DNA of 64,000 bases from Octopus bimaculoides (lineage: Eukaryota), in assembly GCF_001194135.2 (NCBI RefSeq), contig NC_068983.1, positions 37,078,807 to 37,142,806 of the forward strand. The letters run 5' to 3'. The translations under genes were made by a program, and so were the position numbers. Shown piece after piece: positions 48,512-60,642 of this stretch. The notes beneath the pieces are model-generated. The model searched no databases. It was not told the DNA's origin and saw nothing but the letters and a program-made list of their open reading frames with translations. Within the stretch, counting starts at the first letter, position 1, and each line of letters starts with the position of its first letter.

Positions 48512-49426
48512 TTAAACCAGTTTCCAGTCTCATATCACCTACTTTATTTACTGAGAGTACAACCAACTCAAATGAGAGCTAAGAATTAAAATTTCTGGTA
48601 TATGGAAGCAAGATTTTTGGCCAGGTCTCAAGAGCACTGGCAACATAAACTAACTGCCGAGATGGCTACATCTGGGAATTAAAGCAAGGTTACAAAATTT
48701 GTTTGCTGAGAGCAAACATTTAAATGTTTCAGTTTTTGACAGTTCATGAATACTAATATTTTCTTTACAAAGTTAATTTTTGTAATTAAGACAAAGATGG
48801 TTTTATATAACATTAGTGCCATCAATGCTAGTTGGTTGAAAAAGAAAAAAATTGGAAGATTTTAACTTAGAAATAAGAGAAATGAAACTAAATATCATAG
48901 TGCATTTTAGTAAATTACCTATGCAAATAGCTTTACCATCTTTCTCTTAATCTCTCAGTTCTAAATCTTGCTATGACCAGATTCCATTCATCCTTCCAAG
49001 GTTGATTTAAGAAAAAAAAAAAAGCAATAATATTACTTGACCAGAGGGAAAAAAAAAAAGCCTTTTTTTAAGACTTCTTAAATGTAATTTCAAGAAGCTT
49101 ACTATCACCTTAGGTTATTTACTATTTATTTATGACTACCTCTAACGTTTAATCAGGTTTGATACAGAAATAGATAAATGTTTTATACACTACAATTTAT
49201 GTTTGTTTTCCCAAGCTGACATGGGTTGGAAACGTACCACTAATATATTTTTGTATAGCATTCATTTCAAATTTCACATGCATGCATACACACACATGGT
49301 ATTACTTTCATTTGGTTATAACTGAATAACTGTGAGGAGGTCGTGTCTTCATGTATCATCCACATGTTATTGAAATGATTGTAAACATGGAATAAATGAA
49401 ACAACCAATAACTCCATTCTTCACTT

Positions 49427-49482
<56 letters not shown>

Positions 49483-51160
49483 TTACATGCACATGAGAGG
49501 GAGTGTGTGTTTGTGTCTCCTTGTCTGGATATTGAGATAGTTGGAAACAAAGAATGACTATCATATAAGTAGTGTCTTTCATTTTCAATCTTCCATGAAA
49601 ACACTTTGCTTATAAACAGGTGTGGGTGACAGGAAAGGTATCCTGCTGAAGAAAGTCTGCTTCACTGGAATACAGCTGCACAGAAAAGTGGATGTTAAAA
49701 ATAATGAGGATATATATATTGTTATCATTTTAACTGCCACTTTTCCATGCTTGCAGATTTTCTACAGGCAGTTGCCCCTTCTGTTACTTAACTGTACCTG
49801 TTTCCAAACAAGGTAATACTACCCCATGGTTAGACAAGTTTTTTTTTTAATTTTATAAAAGACTGGAAACAAACAACATCACTTGTACGATGGCAATGCT
49901 CATTCACAACAATCATGTGATGTCAAATCAAAGGTATATACACACACAAACACTTACATAAATACACAGCTGTTACCAGTAATTCATGTGTCTGAGTATT
50001 ACATACATACATACACAATCATTTGTTTGTTTTATGCCAGTCTTCCAGTACTGACATAGTTTGGTCAGGTACTTATTTCAGCCAATATTTTTTTTATGGT
50101 CAGACAGTTTTCCAAGTAAAGCATATTTTAATTCCACTATTTCAAGCACAAACCTATGGAACTAAATATTCCCCAGGAATGTAAACACAAACGCACCATT
50201 TTTTCCTTATATTCACTGAGATGATCTTGTGTGAGAAGCAGAAAAATGACAACTTCATGCACATACCCTTTGTGATTACTCGCACACATACAGTTTCCAG
50301 ACAGTTTCTTTTCACAAACTTCACTCACAAAGCATTGATTTTTCATACAAGGCAATAGAAAACTTCTGCTTGGGGTGCCACAGTGCCACACAGTGGGGAT
50401 GAACACAAGAGTATGTATTTGCCAAACAAATGTCTTAAACACACAGCCATGCCTGCACCCACTGAAGTTAGGACTATGTGGTTATTAAAAGAACTTCATA
50501 AGCATTTATTTGAGTAGGCACAAAGTTATCTTTTGTAATCAAGACAGAGATAGTGCCATTAATGCTAGTCATTAAATACAACTGTCTGATGAATGGTCAT
50601 GTGAAACTCTTAGTTACTGCTTGTGAAGATTTTTGCAGCTTTAATAAAATAGTATATTACTCTATCTTTGATTTTTTAGTACTAGTACTATTTTTTCCAC
50701 CTTGTTTAGCACCAATTTGCTTGCTTGCTTGCTTGCGTACACACACGCGCGCTTCCATCTATCAATTTTACTCATAAGCAGTTGGTTGGCCTGAGATTAT
50801 AGTAGAAGACATGCCCAAGGTGTCAGGCAGCTGGACTGAACCTCAGGCCATGTAGTTACAAACTGAACTTATTAACAAAGTTATGCCTGCACCCATTATA
50901 TAATACCGAAATATTTTTAGAGTAGGTGAAATTAAAATTCGCATAATGCATTCCTTCAACCTATATATGATAGATGAGGTTCAAAGGTCACATTTTTTTT
51001 TTTAACCAAATTAAAACAAGCTGATGCTTTCCAGAGAAACAGCTTATATTATCATGTTAGTCAACAGGACAAAGTGTTTTGTCAATTTGAAACAAAACAT
51101 ATTGAAACTAATATAGGACAAATCACAACAACACCAAACTTCCTTTAATTTGTCTAAGAC

Positions 51161-51528
51161 TTATCTTTTACTTGTTTCAGTCATAGGACTGTGGCCAAGC
51201 TGGGGCACTACCTTGAAGTGTTTAGTTGAATAAATCGACCTTAAAGTTACGGGAACATAAACAAACCAACACCAGTTGTCAAAGAGGTGTGAGAAAGACA
51301 AACACAAAGACATATGTGCAGACACACACACGTGTGTGTGTGTGTGTGTGTGTGCATATGTACACACACACACACACACGAAGAGCTTCTAGAGTTTCTG
51401 TCAACCAAATTCACTAACAAAGCATTGGTCAGTTCAGAGCTATAATAGAAGACACTTGCCCAAGGTGCAGTGGAACTGAATCCAAAACTACATGGTTACA
51501 AAGCAAGCTTCTTAACCACAGGGCCTAT
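51161..51528 (-). mobile_element. SINE family 1, diverged
   Basis: Tail CTTTTACTTGTTTCAGTC, core and head in reverse orientation. Confidence 0.8.
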
Positions 51529-53787
51529 GCTTTTGTATCTCTGTCAAAAAGAATTACAGACAATAATCCTTGAAGGCCTGAAAGCTTGCATTAGGGATCA
51601 GGTAGGGATGTTAAACCAAACAATGGATTCTGTCTAGCACCCAACTAGACCACATTGGAATTTGAAATCAGAACTCAAAAGAGGAGGAAGAAATACTGCA
51701 AGGTATTCTGTCCAATGTTATAATGATTCTGTCAGTTCACTTTTATTCCAGAAGGATAAAAAGTCAACATGGCAAGATTTGAATACAGAATGCAAGAAGG
51801 AATAAATACCAGAATGTATTTCATCTAATGTTCTATGAAACTTTAATTAATCTGTAGCCTGTGTATAGATTGTTGAGCCAACAGAATTCTGCACTGTTTG
51901 ATTCCAAATATCAATGGAAATAACAGTGCAAAATGCCTCAAAAGGCTTCTGGTTTCATATTCAGCAGATGAGAGGATATATATCCAGCAATTAGTTGAAC
52001 TGATCTCAAATCCTGTTATAGTCAGCTCTGCCTTTAATCCTGTCAGGGTCAACAAATAAGATACCAGTCCAGGAGAATGAAAAGTGGAATTGTTAGAGCA
52101 ACTAGGTAAGAGAAGTTGTAATACCTGTTCTATATTTTCTAAGTTCAAACGATTTGCTTACGTCATATTATTATTGTGAAGCAGCTTCTTCAAAGAGGAT
52201 TAAGAGAAAAAAAAAAAAAGAGGTTATGCCCTAACTAGGTAGGGATAATCTAAGGATGTTAAGTGCTGCTGCTGCTGATGATAATGATGTGAGGATTAGA
52301 AAATAATATCTATGAAAGAAAAAAATTCATATCTAACTTGTAATTGATGGTAAACTAAAGAAGGCATTTTAGAGGTTTGTGAAAGTACACAATTGAGAGT
52401 CTTCACCCTTCACCTCCAGTCTATTATTCATGACTATATTATATAAATATAGCCATAAATTTCAAAAGTTTATTTCATTGTTTAAAAATATGTCAGTTAC
52501 AGCATTTTATTTCAGCCTGTACATTAAAGAAAACCCAGTACGGTTTTATTTCTATAAATCTGTTCCGAAATAACACCCCCACCCCCAATCCCATACACAC
52601 AAGTATAATGGTGTAGTGGTGGAAGAGATGGCCTTACTGCATGGGCTTTTATTTGGGTTTAACAAATAATATAAAAGGTTTTACATAGTTTCCTTATCGT
52701 GAAATATCATCATCATTGTTTAACATCTGCCTTCCATGCTAGAATGGATAGAATGGTTTCACAAAAGCCAGCCCGGCTGAATACTGCACCAGATGTCTGT
52801 GACTGTTTTGGTAGGATTTTTACAGCTGGATGCCCTTCCTAACACCAACCACCCAGCAGAGTGGACTTAATGCCTTTTACATGAAACAAGCACAGGCGAG
52901 GTCAGTTTCAGCAAGGTTTTTACAGCTGGATGCCCTGCCAAACACCAACCACTTTACAGTGTGGACTGGGTGCTTTTAAGTGGCACCTGTACTGACAGGG
53001 TCACCAAGTAATTTGCAAAACAAAAATTTTCAAGAAGAGAGGAGATCTTGTGTAGGATGATGAAAGGTTATAGTGAGAGAGAAACAGGTGCTTTGCGGTA
53101 GAGGAAGTACAAAGTTACTCGGCTAGAGAGAGAGAGAGAGATGGCGAGAGAAGAGAAGAGAAAGAAGAGAGAGGGAGGAGAGAGAGAGGGAGGGGAGAGA
53201 GAGAGATCACAAATGAAGACAGAAACAGGTGTGCTACCATAAAGGAAATACATGGTTACTCAACCAGAGAGAAGTGCAGGAGAAGGAGAGAGTGGGATAG
53301 AGATGGTGGCAAAATGCCAGGCATACTCACAATGGGCGGAGATAAGAATATAAATGGGATGGTTGAGTAATGGAAGAGCGAGATATAGGTGGTGACAAGT
53401 ACCAGGGCATACCATTGAGGTTCGAACGCCACATAATATAAGTGGCAGGATATTGTGAAGGAAGTGTGATTAAAGAGTGCGGAAGTGGGGAGTGAGTGGT
53501 GAAAACCTGGGTATAAATAGAGTTGCGTGGGGGTGGGCTACTGGATAGCAATGATATAAGGAACAGGGGTGTGAGGACAGGATTGGCGAGTGAGAGCTAG
53601 GCATAGTGTATGAGGGGGGGGGGAACTGTGAAGAAGAGAAGAGATGTGGAGATGTAGATTGGTTTGTTGGGGTAGGGTGAATGAAAAGTTTTCTTGTTAT
53701 GTGTGGGTGGAACACACAAGTCGGGGAGGGGGGGGGGCTAGCAGATAGCAATAATAATTGAATAAATAAACCAGTATAACTTAAGCC

Positions 53788-53939
53788 AAATAAGGAATTA
53801 TTTGTCAAAAAAGGAACAATTTGCCAAATAAGGAATAATTTACCAAATAAAGAATTATTTCTCAAATAAGGAATTATTTGTCAAATAAGGAGTTATTTGC
53901 CAAATAAGGAATTATTTGCCAAATAAGGTATTATCTATG
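53788..53939. repeat. 19-bp minisatellite, ~8 units
   Basis: Consensus AAATAAGGAATTATTTGYC, head to tail with no spacers. Confidence 0.95.
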
Positions 53940-54094
53940 TTAAACACATGGAAATAAAATCAATAACTGAACAATGGGGGAAAAAAAAATCAATAACTAA
54001 ACAATGAAAAATGAACGTTTAACATTTTGCAAGTATCCAATCTCCAGCCAAGGTTTCACATTATTTCCATAAATGGCTTTATTACTGTCCTCAC

Positions 54095-54163
54095 TTGGTA
54101 TCGATTATATTTGGCCAGAGCCACCTACAGCTCTTGTTAGCAATATCCTTCTTTGGTCTACTT
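54095..54163 (-). other. Possible 5' UTR exon of per
   Basis: Acceptor TTTTTCCTTCTGTGCAG and donor CAA|GTGAGG bound 69 nt of non-repeat sequence. Splice signals are the only evidence. Confidence 0.3.
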
Positions 54164-54287
54164 CTGCACAGAAGGAAAAATAGTTTGTGGAATCTATTTA
54201 GTATTTCACCGATATATAAAAAAATCAAAAAATCATTGCCCCTCTGGAAAACTCCAAAATAATTCCCCTTATCAAATACCAATAAGT

Positions 54288-54640
54288 ACAGGCATGGCCA
54301 TATGGTAGGAAGTTTGCTTCCCAACCATGTAGTTTCATGCTCAGTACCACTGTGTGGCACCTTGGGCAAATGTCTTCTACTATAACCCCAGGCTGACCAA
54401 AGTCTTGTTAGTAGATTTGGTAGTCAAAACAGGAAAGAAACCCATCATATATCTGTATGAGTGTGTCCTTGTATTGACTTTATGTGAATGTTGTAAATAA
54501 ATGTCATACAAAAGCATGTCTGGTTATGGGAAAATATAACTTTGCTTAGAAATAGGCAAGTGTTTGCAGCAGGAAGAGCATCTGGCCTTAGGAAATCTGT
54601 CTCAATAGATGCCATTCGGCCCATGCAAATGGCTGTTAAG
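54288..54640 (+). mobile_element. SINE family 2
   Basis: Head GGCATGGCCATATGGTAGGAAG, core and family-2 body. Confidence 0.8.
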
Positions 54641-55739
54641 AAACAGTAATCTTTGACTTGATCTTAAAAGGTGAAGTGAAATAGCTTCAAAATTTCATTT
54701 GACCTTACATCTGACTAGCTATCATGACCTTAAGTTTTGGCAAAAACAGAATAAATGTTGCAACAGTCAAATCTTCCCACTGGGGATCAGAACTGTAATG
54801 GAACCAAACCCAGTTGCAAATCTTGACATGATCAGGACTTTGTCGCCTACTTTTAAGCCGATTGGCTTCATTAGAGGATTACTAATTACCCTCAGTTTTA
54901 GAAGTACAACCTTTTCAATCACCTACTACATCCATTCATGTTAGTTACAACTAAGTTCATAAATTCTTATTTATGTAGGATAGAGTGAACTGCATGACTG
55001 TGCAGGTATCTATCATGTAATACTCTTGACTTTTTATCAAGAGGATAACTGAAACAGCAACAACAACAAATTGAAGCTGACATAAACTTGATCCAGCAGT
55101 AGTTTATCCTTGTTTGTCTTAATCACCTACTACTCACCAGCTGAATGCAGCTAATTGCATGCACATGTCTGTGTGCGTGTTGAAGTAGGATTGGTGAAGT
55201 CATTCATTATGGTGATACTCTTAATCAGTACACAAACAAGTCTTGTGAACTCTATCTTCAACCGGTTTCTTGTGTGAGAAATATTTTATTGTTTGACCCA
55301 GCCACTCTGTTTCTGAGAAAGACACCTAACTAATTCTCAATTGAGTCAACGAGAGAGTCTCTACACGTGTGCGGAACATTTTAGAAAAAGCAGGCAAATC
55401 AGCCTCAAGTTATACACTGTCTTGGCAAAAAAAAGAGAAAAAAAATTGAAACAAACACATTGGATAAGGTAGTCCTTAATAGACTTAATAGACTAGTCCT
55501 TAATAGACTCAAAAAAATATTAGAATGGTAACAACTTTGATCAAAGGTTAAGAAGATAATAGCTTTGATAATAGGTCTCCTGGATCAGAGCTGATCCATG
55601 ATTACAACAGCCTGTTCTCACTGGCTCGGTCCACTTTGCTATTAATGAGCAATAAAGAACAGTGTGCTATAAATGAGAGCACTAGATAATTGAAGAGTGT
55701 TTGGTTTCTTAAATTCAAAAACTTTGCAATTTGCAACCG

Positions 55740-56830
55740 ATACCTGTTATTGTCCCTGGAAAGACAAAAGACAAAGTCAATCCTGGCTAGATTTGAACTC
55801 AAAACTTAAATGAAGCCCTATTCATTGTACAAAAATAAAGTTATCAATTTTTTTTTTTTTTAATAAGTACACAGTTTTGATAGGATTGGCAGAATTGTTC
55901 AAGCAGTATTAGTCCTAGTCTTTTAAAATTGTTATTTACATTCTGAGTTTAAATTCCACAGATCATTTTGGCCTTTCACCCTTTTATGCAAGTAGCCAAT
56001 TAGCTCCTCTACAAGAAACTTGGTCTGCTCTGGCCCTTTCTCTCAAACCTCTTCATCTAGCATAAACTGCCTTCCTCTCTACTGTAGCTCCACTCAGCCA
56101 AACGTGATCTTTGTCCTGCAAGCTGTATGCTGGTGCCATAAAAAGAGCATCCAGTAAACACTATGGTATGGTTAAGAAGGGCATCCAGCCACAAAATCCA
56201 TGCCATAGCAGACATTGGAGCATGATGCAGTCCTCAGACTCATCAAAATCCTGTCAAACCATCAACCAAAACCAGCATGGAACATGATGTTTAATTATCA
56301 TGAGAGTTGGGCTGGCAGGATCATTAGAAGAACTGCAGTATTTGTTTGAACTCTTAAGTTCTGAGTTCAAATCCCATCAAGGTCAACTTTGTCTTTCATC
56401 CTCGCAAGGTCAATGAAACAAAGTACCACTCAAATACTGGTGCTGGTGGTATCAATTAATCTCTCCCCTGACAAAATACTCTGAGCTATTTATTCCACTT
56501 CTTTATCTTTTCAAGGTCCAGTCAAGTACGGGGGNNNNNNNNNNCCCCTCAAAATTTCAGATCTTGCGTTTATATTATAAACAATCATCATCATCATCAA
56601 AGTAGTGGATTGGTAGAAACGTTAAAGCGTTGGTAAAAGTGCCTTGATGTGCTTCTTCCAGCACCATAACATTTTGAGTTCAAATCCCTATGAGGTTAAT
56701 TTTGCATTTCATCCGTCTGGGGTTGATAAAATAAAGTACCAGTTAACTACTGGGGTAGATGGCATTGACTAACCCTTCCCTTCAAATAACTGTTGCTCAT
56801 GCGAAGATTAGAAACAATTATAAAAGTATT
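55740..56830. mobile_element. Cluster of SINE family 3 copies and fragments, mostly on +
   Basis: GAGTTCAAAT...TTTCATCC...AAGTACCA recurs at ~55940, 56360 and 56675, with a reverse fragment at ~55760. Confidence 0.75.
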
Positions 56831-56940
56831 TTTAGTTCAGTTGATATAATAGTACAGGTACTTTATTTTGTTGTCCTCCAAAATAGCAAAGTCGAGGTTA
56901 AAAAAGAGTACTTAGCTTGGTTATGCAAAATCGGTGCGTG

Positions 56941-56977
<37 letters not shown>

Positions 56978-56981
56978 CACG

Positions 56982-57212
56982 CGCGCGCTTAGACACCCTA
57001 TATATAGAATCACAAATGCCACCAGCCGGTTATTATTATTATCATTATAAAAAAAGCATTGGAAAGTGATCACAATATGCGACTTCCACTGTATATATAG
57101 ACGCGCGCTTAGACACCCTATATATAGAATCACAAATGCCATCAGCCGGTTATTATTATTATTAAAAAAAGCATTGGAAAGTGATCACAATATGCGGCTT
57201 CCACTGTATATA
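56982..57212. repeat. Two tandem copies of a ~120-bp unit
   Basis: CGCGCGCTTAGACACCC...CTTCCACTGTATATA starts at 56982 and again at 57102. Confidence 0.95.
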
Positions 57213-57299
57213 AATGCACAGCGGGTGCCACTAATTAGAACTACGAGTAATGTCATCGACCGGTTATCAAAAACAGCACCAACAAACTTTTCATTTGTT

Positions 57300-58200
57300 T
57301 AATGTCGTCTGGTTTTGTTATCGCGAAGGCTTCGTAAAAAAAAAACTGATAACAATAAGCGACTTCCACTGTAATGTGACAAAGAATGACGTAATGTAAA
57401 GTTCATGTCACATTTCCAAGCGAGTGACTCGCTGATTTGGCGGAAAAAAGAAACCTAAAAAAATTCGGCGTAAATGGAATAATCAAGCACCAGTTTTTTT
57501 TTTTAATAAAAATAAAATTTCATATATATAATTTGAAAAAAAAAAAAAAAAANNNNNNNNNNGTAAAATCATCGTTCAGCGGTTATTCCTGGTCATTTCT
57601 ATTAGTAAACAGTATTAACCGACACGAGTAGAAAAGTAATTCTGAAAAGTACAGCGAACATGTGAAAGAGACCACCATGACAATGGTCACCCGTCGAAAC
57701 ATGTGAATTGACAAGCATTGCCGTTTCTAGTCGGTCCTGTAAGAGAGAGGAAGTGGGAGCTAAGGCAAGCAAGCAAGCAGCTTACTAAAAATAGCAGCAG
57801 GAGCAGCAGTCACGCAATGATGCAACAAATATTGCATTTAAAAGGTGCTTTTTTAAAAAGTCATTTTTACAATAAATACTTCTATTTATATTCACTAATT
57901 TTACAAGTGACATAACAAAATAAGAAATGGTTCAGATATCTGAAGCAGTTTACATTCAAATATACTTTTTATAAAATTAAATTAAGTAAATATCTAAGTT
58001 AGTTATTGCTATCTCTTAAAAGTACGGTAATTATTGAATAAATGAAAAAGCAAGCCAACGTGACTTCGCTTTCTAAATAAGTAGCGTGATTTTCTTTCAG
58101 ATTTTATTTTATCTAGACGCCTATCCCAATTAACCTGGTTGACAGCCATACTTTTAATTAAAAATTCATAATTTACAACAAAAAACTGTACTTTCGTATC
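57300..58200 (-). promoter_or_regulatory. Probable per promoter / first-exon region
   Basis: Non-repeat sequence with a sharp CpG enrichment at the 5' end of the gene. TGACGTAA at 57387, E-box variants at 57623, 57659, 57700, 57811, 58057 and 58083, and a candidate donor TTA|GTAAGC at 57785. Confidence 0.6.
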
Positions 58201-58537
58201 ACTTATTTTATTTATTTATTGGTTAATAGAATAAATATATAAAATAAAGATATTGACGTTAAGTGCAGGGTTTTTCAAATTGGATTTCGCAGATCCCCCT
58301 AAGTTTCGCAAGATAAGGGGTCTTTTGACAAAATTTAATAGAATTTCATTTTATAATAGCAATTTATAACACCATTTTCAAAACGACAAAAATATATGAT
58401 TTTTAAATAAATAAATTCTCTCTTAAAAACAATATTTCTTTAATTTTATGTTTTAATAAAAGTAGAATGGCAGGGGATTCCAAGACTTTTCTGAAAGGGA
58501 TCAGTAACAACGTCATCTGTATTAATGCAATTTTCAG

Positions 58538-58847
58538 ACTCTCTCTCTCTCTCTCTCTCTCTCCTTTCCCTCCCTCTCTTTCTCTCTCCCTTCCCTCCCT
58601 CTCTTTCTCTCTCTCCCTCCCTCTCTTTGTGCAGATGTTTGGCAACACTAAAAATCCAAGTGACTGTGCTTGAATAATAATAATAATGATAATAATAATA
58701 ATAATGATGATAATAATAATAATAATGATGATAATAATAATAATAATGATCATAATAATAATGATGATCATAATAATTAATAATGATGATAATAATAATA
58801 ATAACAATGATAATAATAATAACAATAATAATAATAATAATAATAAT
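58538..58847. repeat. (CT)n-rich tract (58538-58626) and compound (AAT/GAT)n array (58673-58847)
   Basis: Read directly from the sequence. Confidence 0.95.
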
Positions 58848-58850
58848 GCG

Positions 58851-59950
58851 TTCTACTAAAGGCACAAGGCCTGAAATTGTGAGGGAGGGGACTAATCGAT
58901 TACATCAACCCCCAGTGCGTACCTAATTTATCGACCCCGAAAAGATGAAAGGCAAAGTCGACCTTGGCGGAATTTGAACTCAGAACGTAAAGACGACGAA
59001 ATGCCGCTAAGCATTTTGTCCGTTTTGACGTTCTGAGAAGAAAAAAACACACCCTTCCACAAGACCTGAAATCTTGGATGTAGAGGCTTTGTCGATCACA
59101 TCGGCCCCTAGAGCTCGACTGCTATTTATTTTACGAAAACCCAAGAGGATGAAAAGCAATTTTTTTTACTAATTTTAACACAAAAGTCAGCAATTTTGAG
59201 GAGTGGGCTCAAGATTACATCGACCCAGAAAGGAAGAAAGGTAAAGTTGACCTCGGCGGGAATTGAACTCCGAATATTTTTACTCTATGAAGCTTACAGG
59301 AAGCTCAGAAAATGTGATGCAAACAAATTCAAATATTCAGTATTCGGTGACGTATGTCCCCAGTAATTTGATTTCCCCTTCACTCTTTTCATATTTATTT
59401 TATCGACAGATGATATTTTCTAATAATGATAATCCTTTCTACTACTAAGTGCTTTTATTGACCCCGAGAGGATGAAAGACAAAGCTGTCCTCGAAGGAAT
59501 TTGAACTCGGGACATAGACAAACGAAATGCCAACTAAGCATTTTGTCCGACGTGCTAACGATTTTGCTAGCTTGCTGCTTTAATAATGACAATGTTGTTA
59601 GGCGCCGAGCGAAATGCTTAACGGTATTTCGTCTGACTTCAAATTCGACTTTGCCTTTCATCTTTTCGGGGGTCGATAAATTAAGTACTAGTTGCGTACT
59701 GAGATCGATCTAATCGACTCGCCCCCTCTCCAAAGACTTCGGGCCTTGTGCCCAGAGTAGGAAAGAGTAATAACAATGTTTCCTACTATAGGGACAAGGC
59801 TAGAAAATTGGGGCGGAGAAGGTGGACTAGACGATTACATCGACTCCAATGTCCGACTAGTATTTATTTTATCAACTCCGAAAAGATGAAAGGTAAGTTT
59901 CTAAACTTGGACACAAGGCTTGAAATTTCGGAGGAGACGGGGCAGGCGAT
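58851..59950. mobile_element. Dense cluster of SINE family 3 copies and fragments in both orientations
   Basis: GATGAAAGGCAAAGTCGACC-like motifs recur at ~58945, 59150, 59235, 59470, 59650 (reverse) and 59885. Confidence 0.8.
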
Positions 59951-60161
59951 TAATTCTGAACTTTTTTTATGTAACAAATAAACTTTCGGAGTGTTTAATA
60001 TTCACATGCTTCTGTTTTCTAAACGAGTCGGCTAAATCTAGACCAATAAACTCTAATCATTAACATCTAGTGTGAACAGTGTCGATTATATATTTTGCCC
60101 TGACAATAATAGGTGGTGAAACCACGCAACAAGGTAGACGAAATAAGAAATGATTTAAGTA

Positions 60162-60167
60162 CACGTG
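60162..60167. promoter_or_regulatory. Canonical E-box CACGTG upstream of the per promoter
   Basis: Exact match in non-repeat sequence. CLOCK:BMAL1/CYC bind CACGTG at per genes. Function is not shown. Other CACGTG copies are at 39934, 51329, 55364 and 63242. Confidence 0.4.
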
Positions 60168-60443
60168 ATCTGAAGGAAGCAGGTGACGATGGTGGTAATG
60201 GTGGTGGAGGTGGGTGCGCCAGGTAAACGAGTTAAGTAGCAGCAATGCAAGATATTAAAACAAAAATGCTGTTGTTGTTTAACCCAGGGTGAACCTGGAT
60301 TCACCAAACATAATTAGATGCATTTTAATCATAGCCACCATATTTATTGTTCAAAATAGTGCATATCGAATGTCACTATTTTTTTTTTTAAATACAGGGT
60401 GTGTGGATTGAGAGATTTGGCTGCTATTTCTTGCAGATCGAGC

Positions 60444-60642
60444 CAGTGGTTCTCGAACCCCTCTGATTCCTATTTTACTAGAATGGACCACATAACCATT
60501 CGATGTTTAAAAATTTCTACTATATTTTTATAATCAAATTAAGAACTGTATAAAAAACCCCCCAATTTATTGCACAAACCCTGACAATAAACTCTAATAT
60601 GGCCCCACGAGGATAATATGGACCTCAGTCGAGAACCATAAG
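60444..60642. mobile_element. hAT-type MITE (related copy from 17493)
   Basis: Ends CAGTGGTTCTCGA and TCGAGAACCAT. The internal CATTCGATGTTTAAAAA is shared with 17493-17690. Confidence 0.65.

Noticed and set aside
51329-51334. CACGTG E-box
   Set aside because: Created by a (CA)n/(GT)n junction inside a SINE.
53788-53939. Palindromic short repeats resembling a CRISPR array
   Set aside because: The units are contiguous with no unique spacers, there are no cas genes, and the context is eukaryotic.
58403-58865. 139-140 aa ORFs (poly-Ile/Tyr, Arg-Glu runs)
   Set aside because: They are translations of (AAT)n and (CT)n microsatellites.
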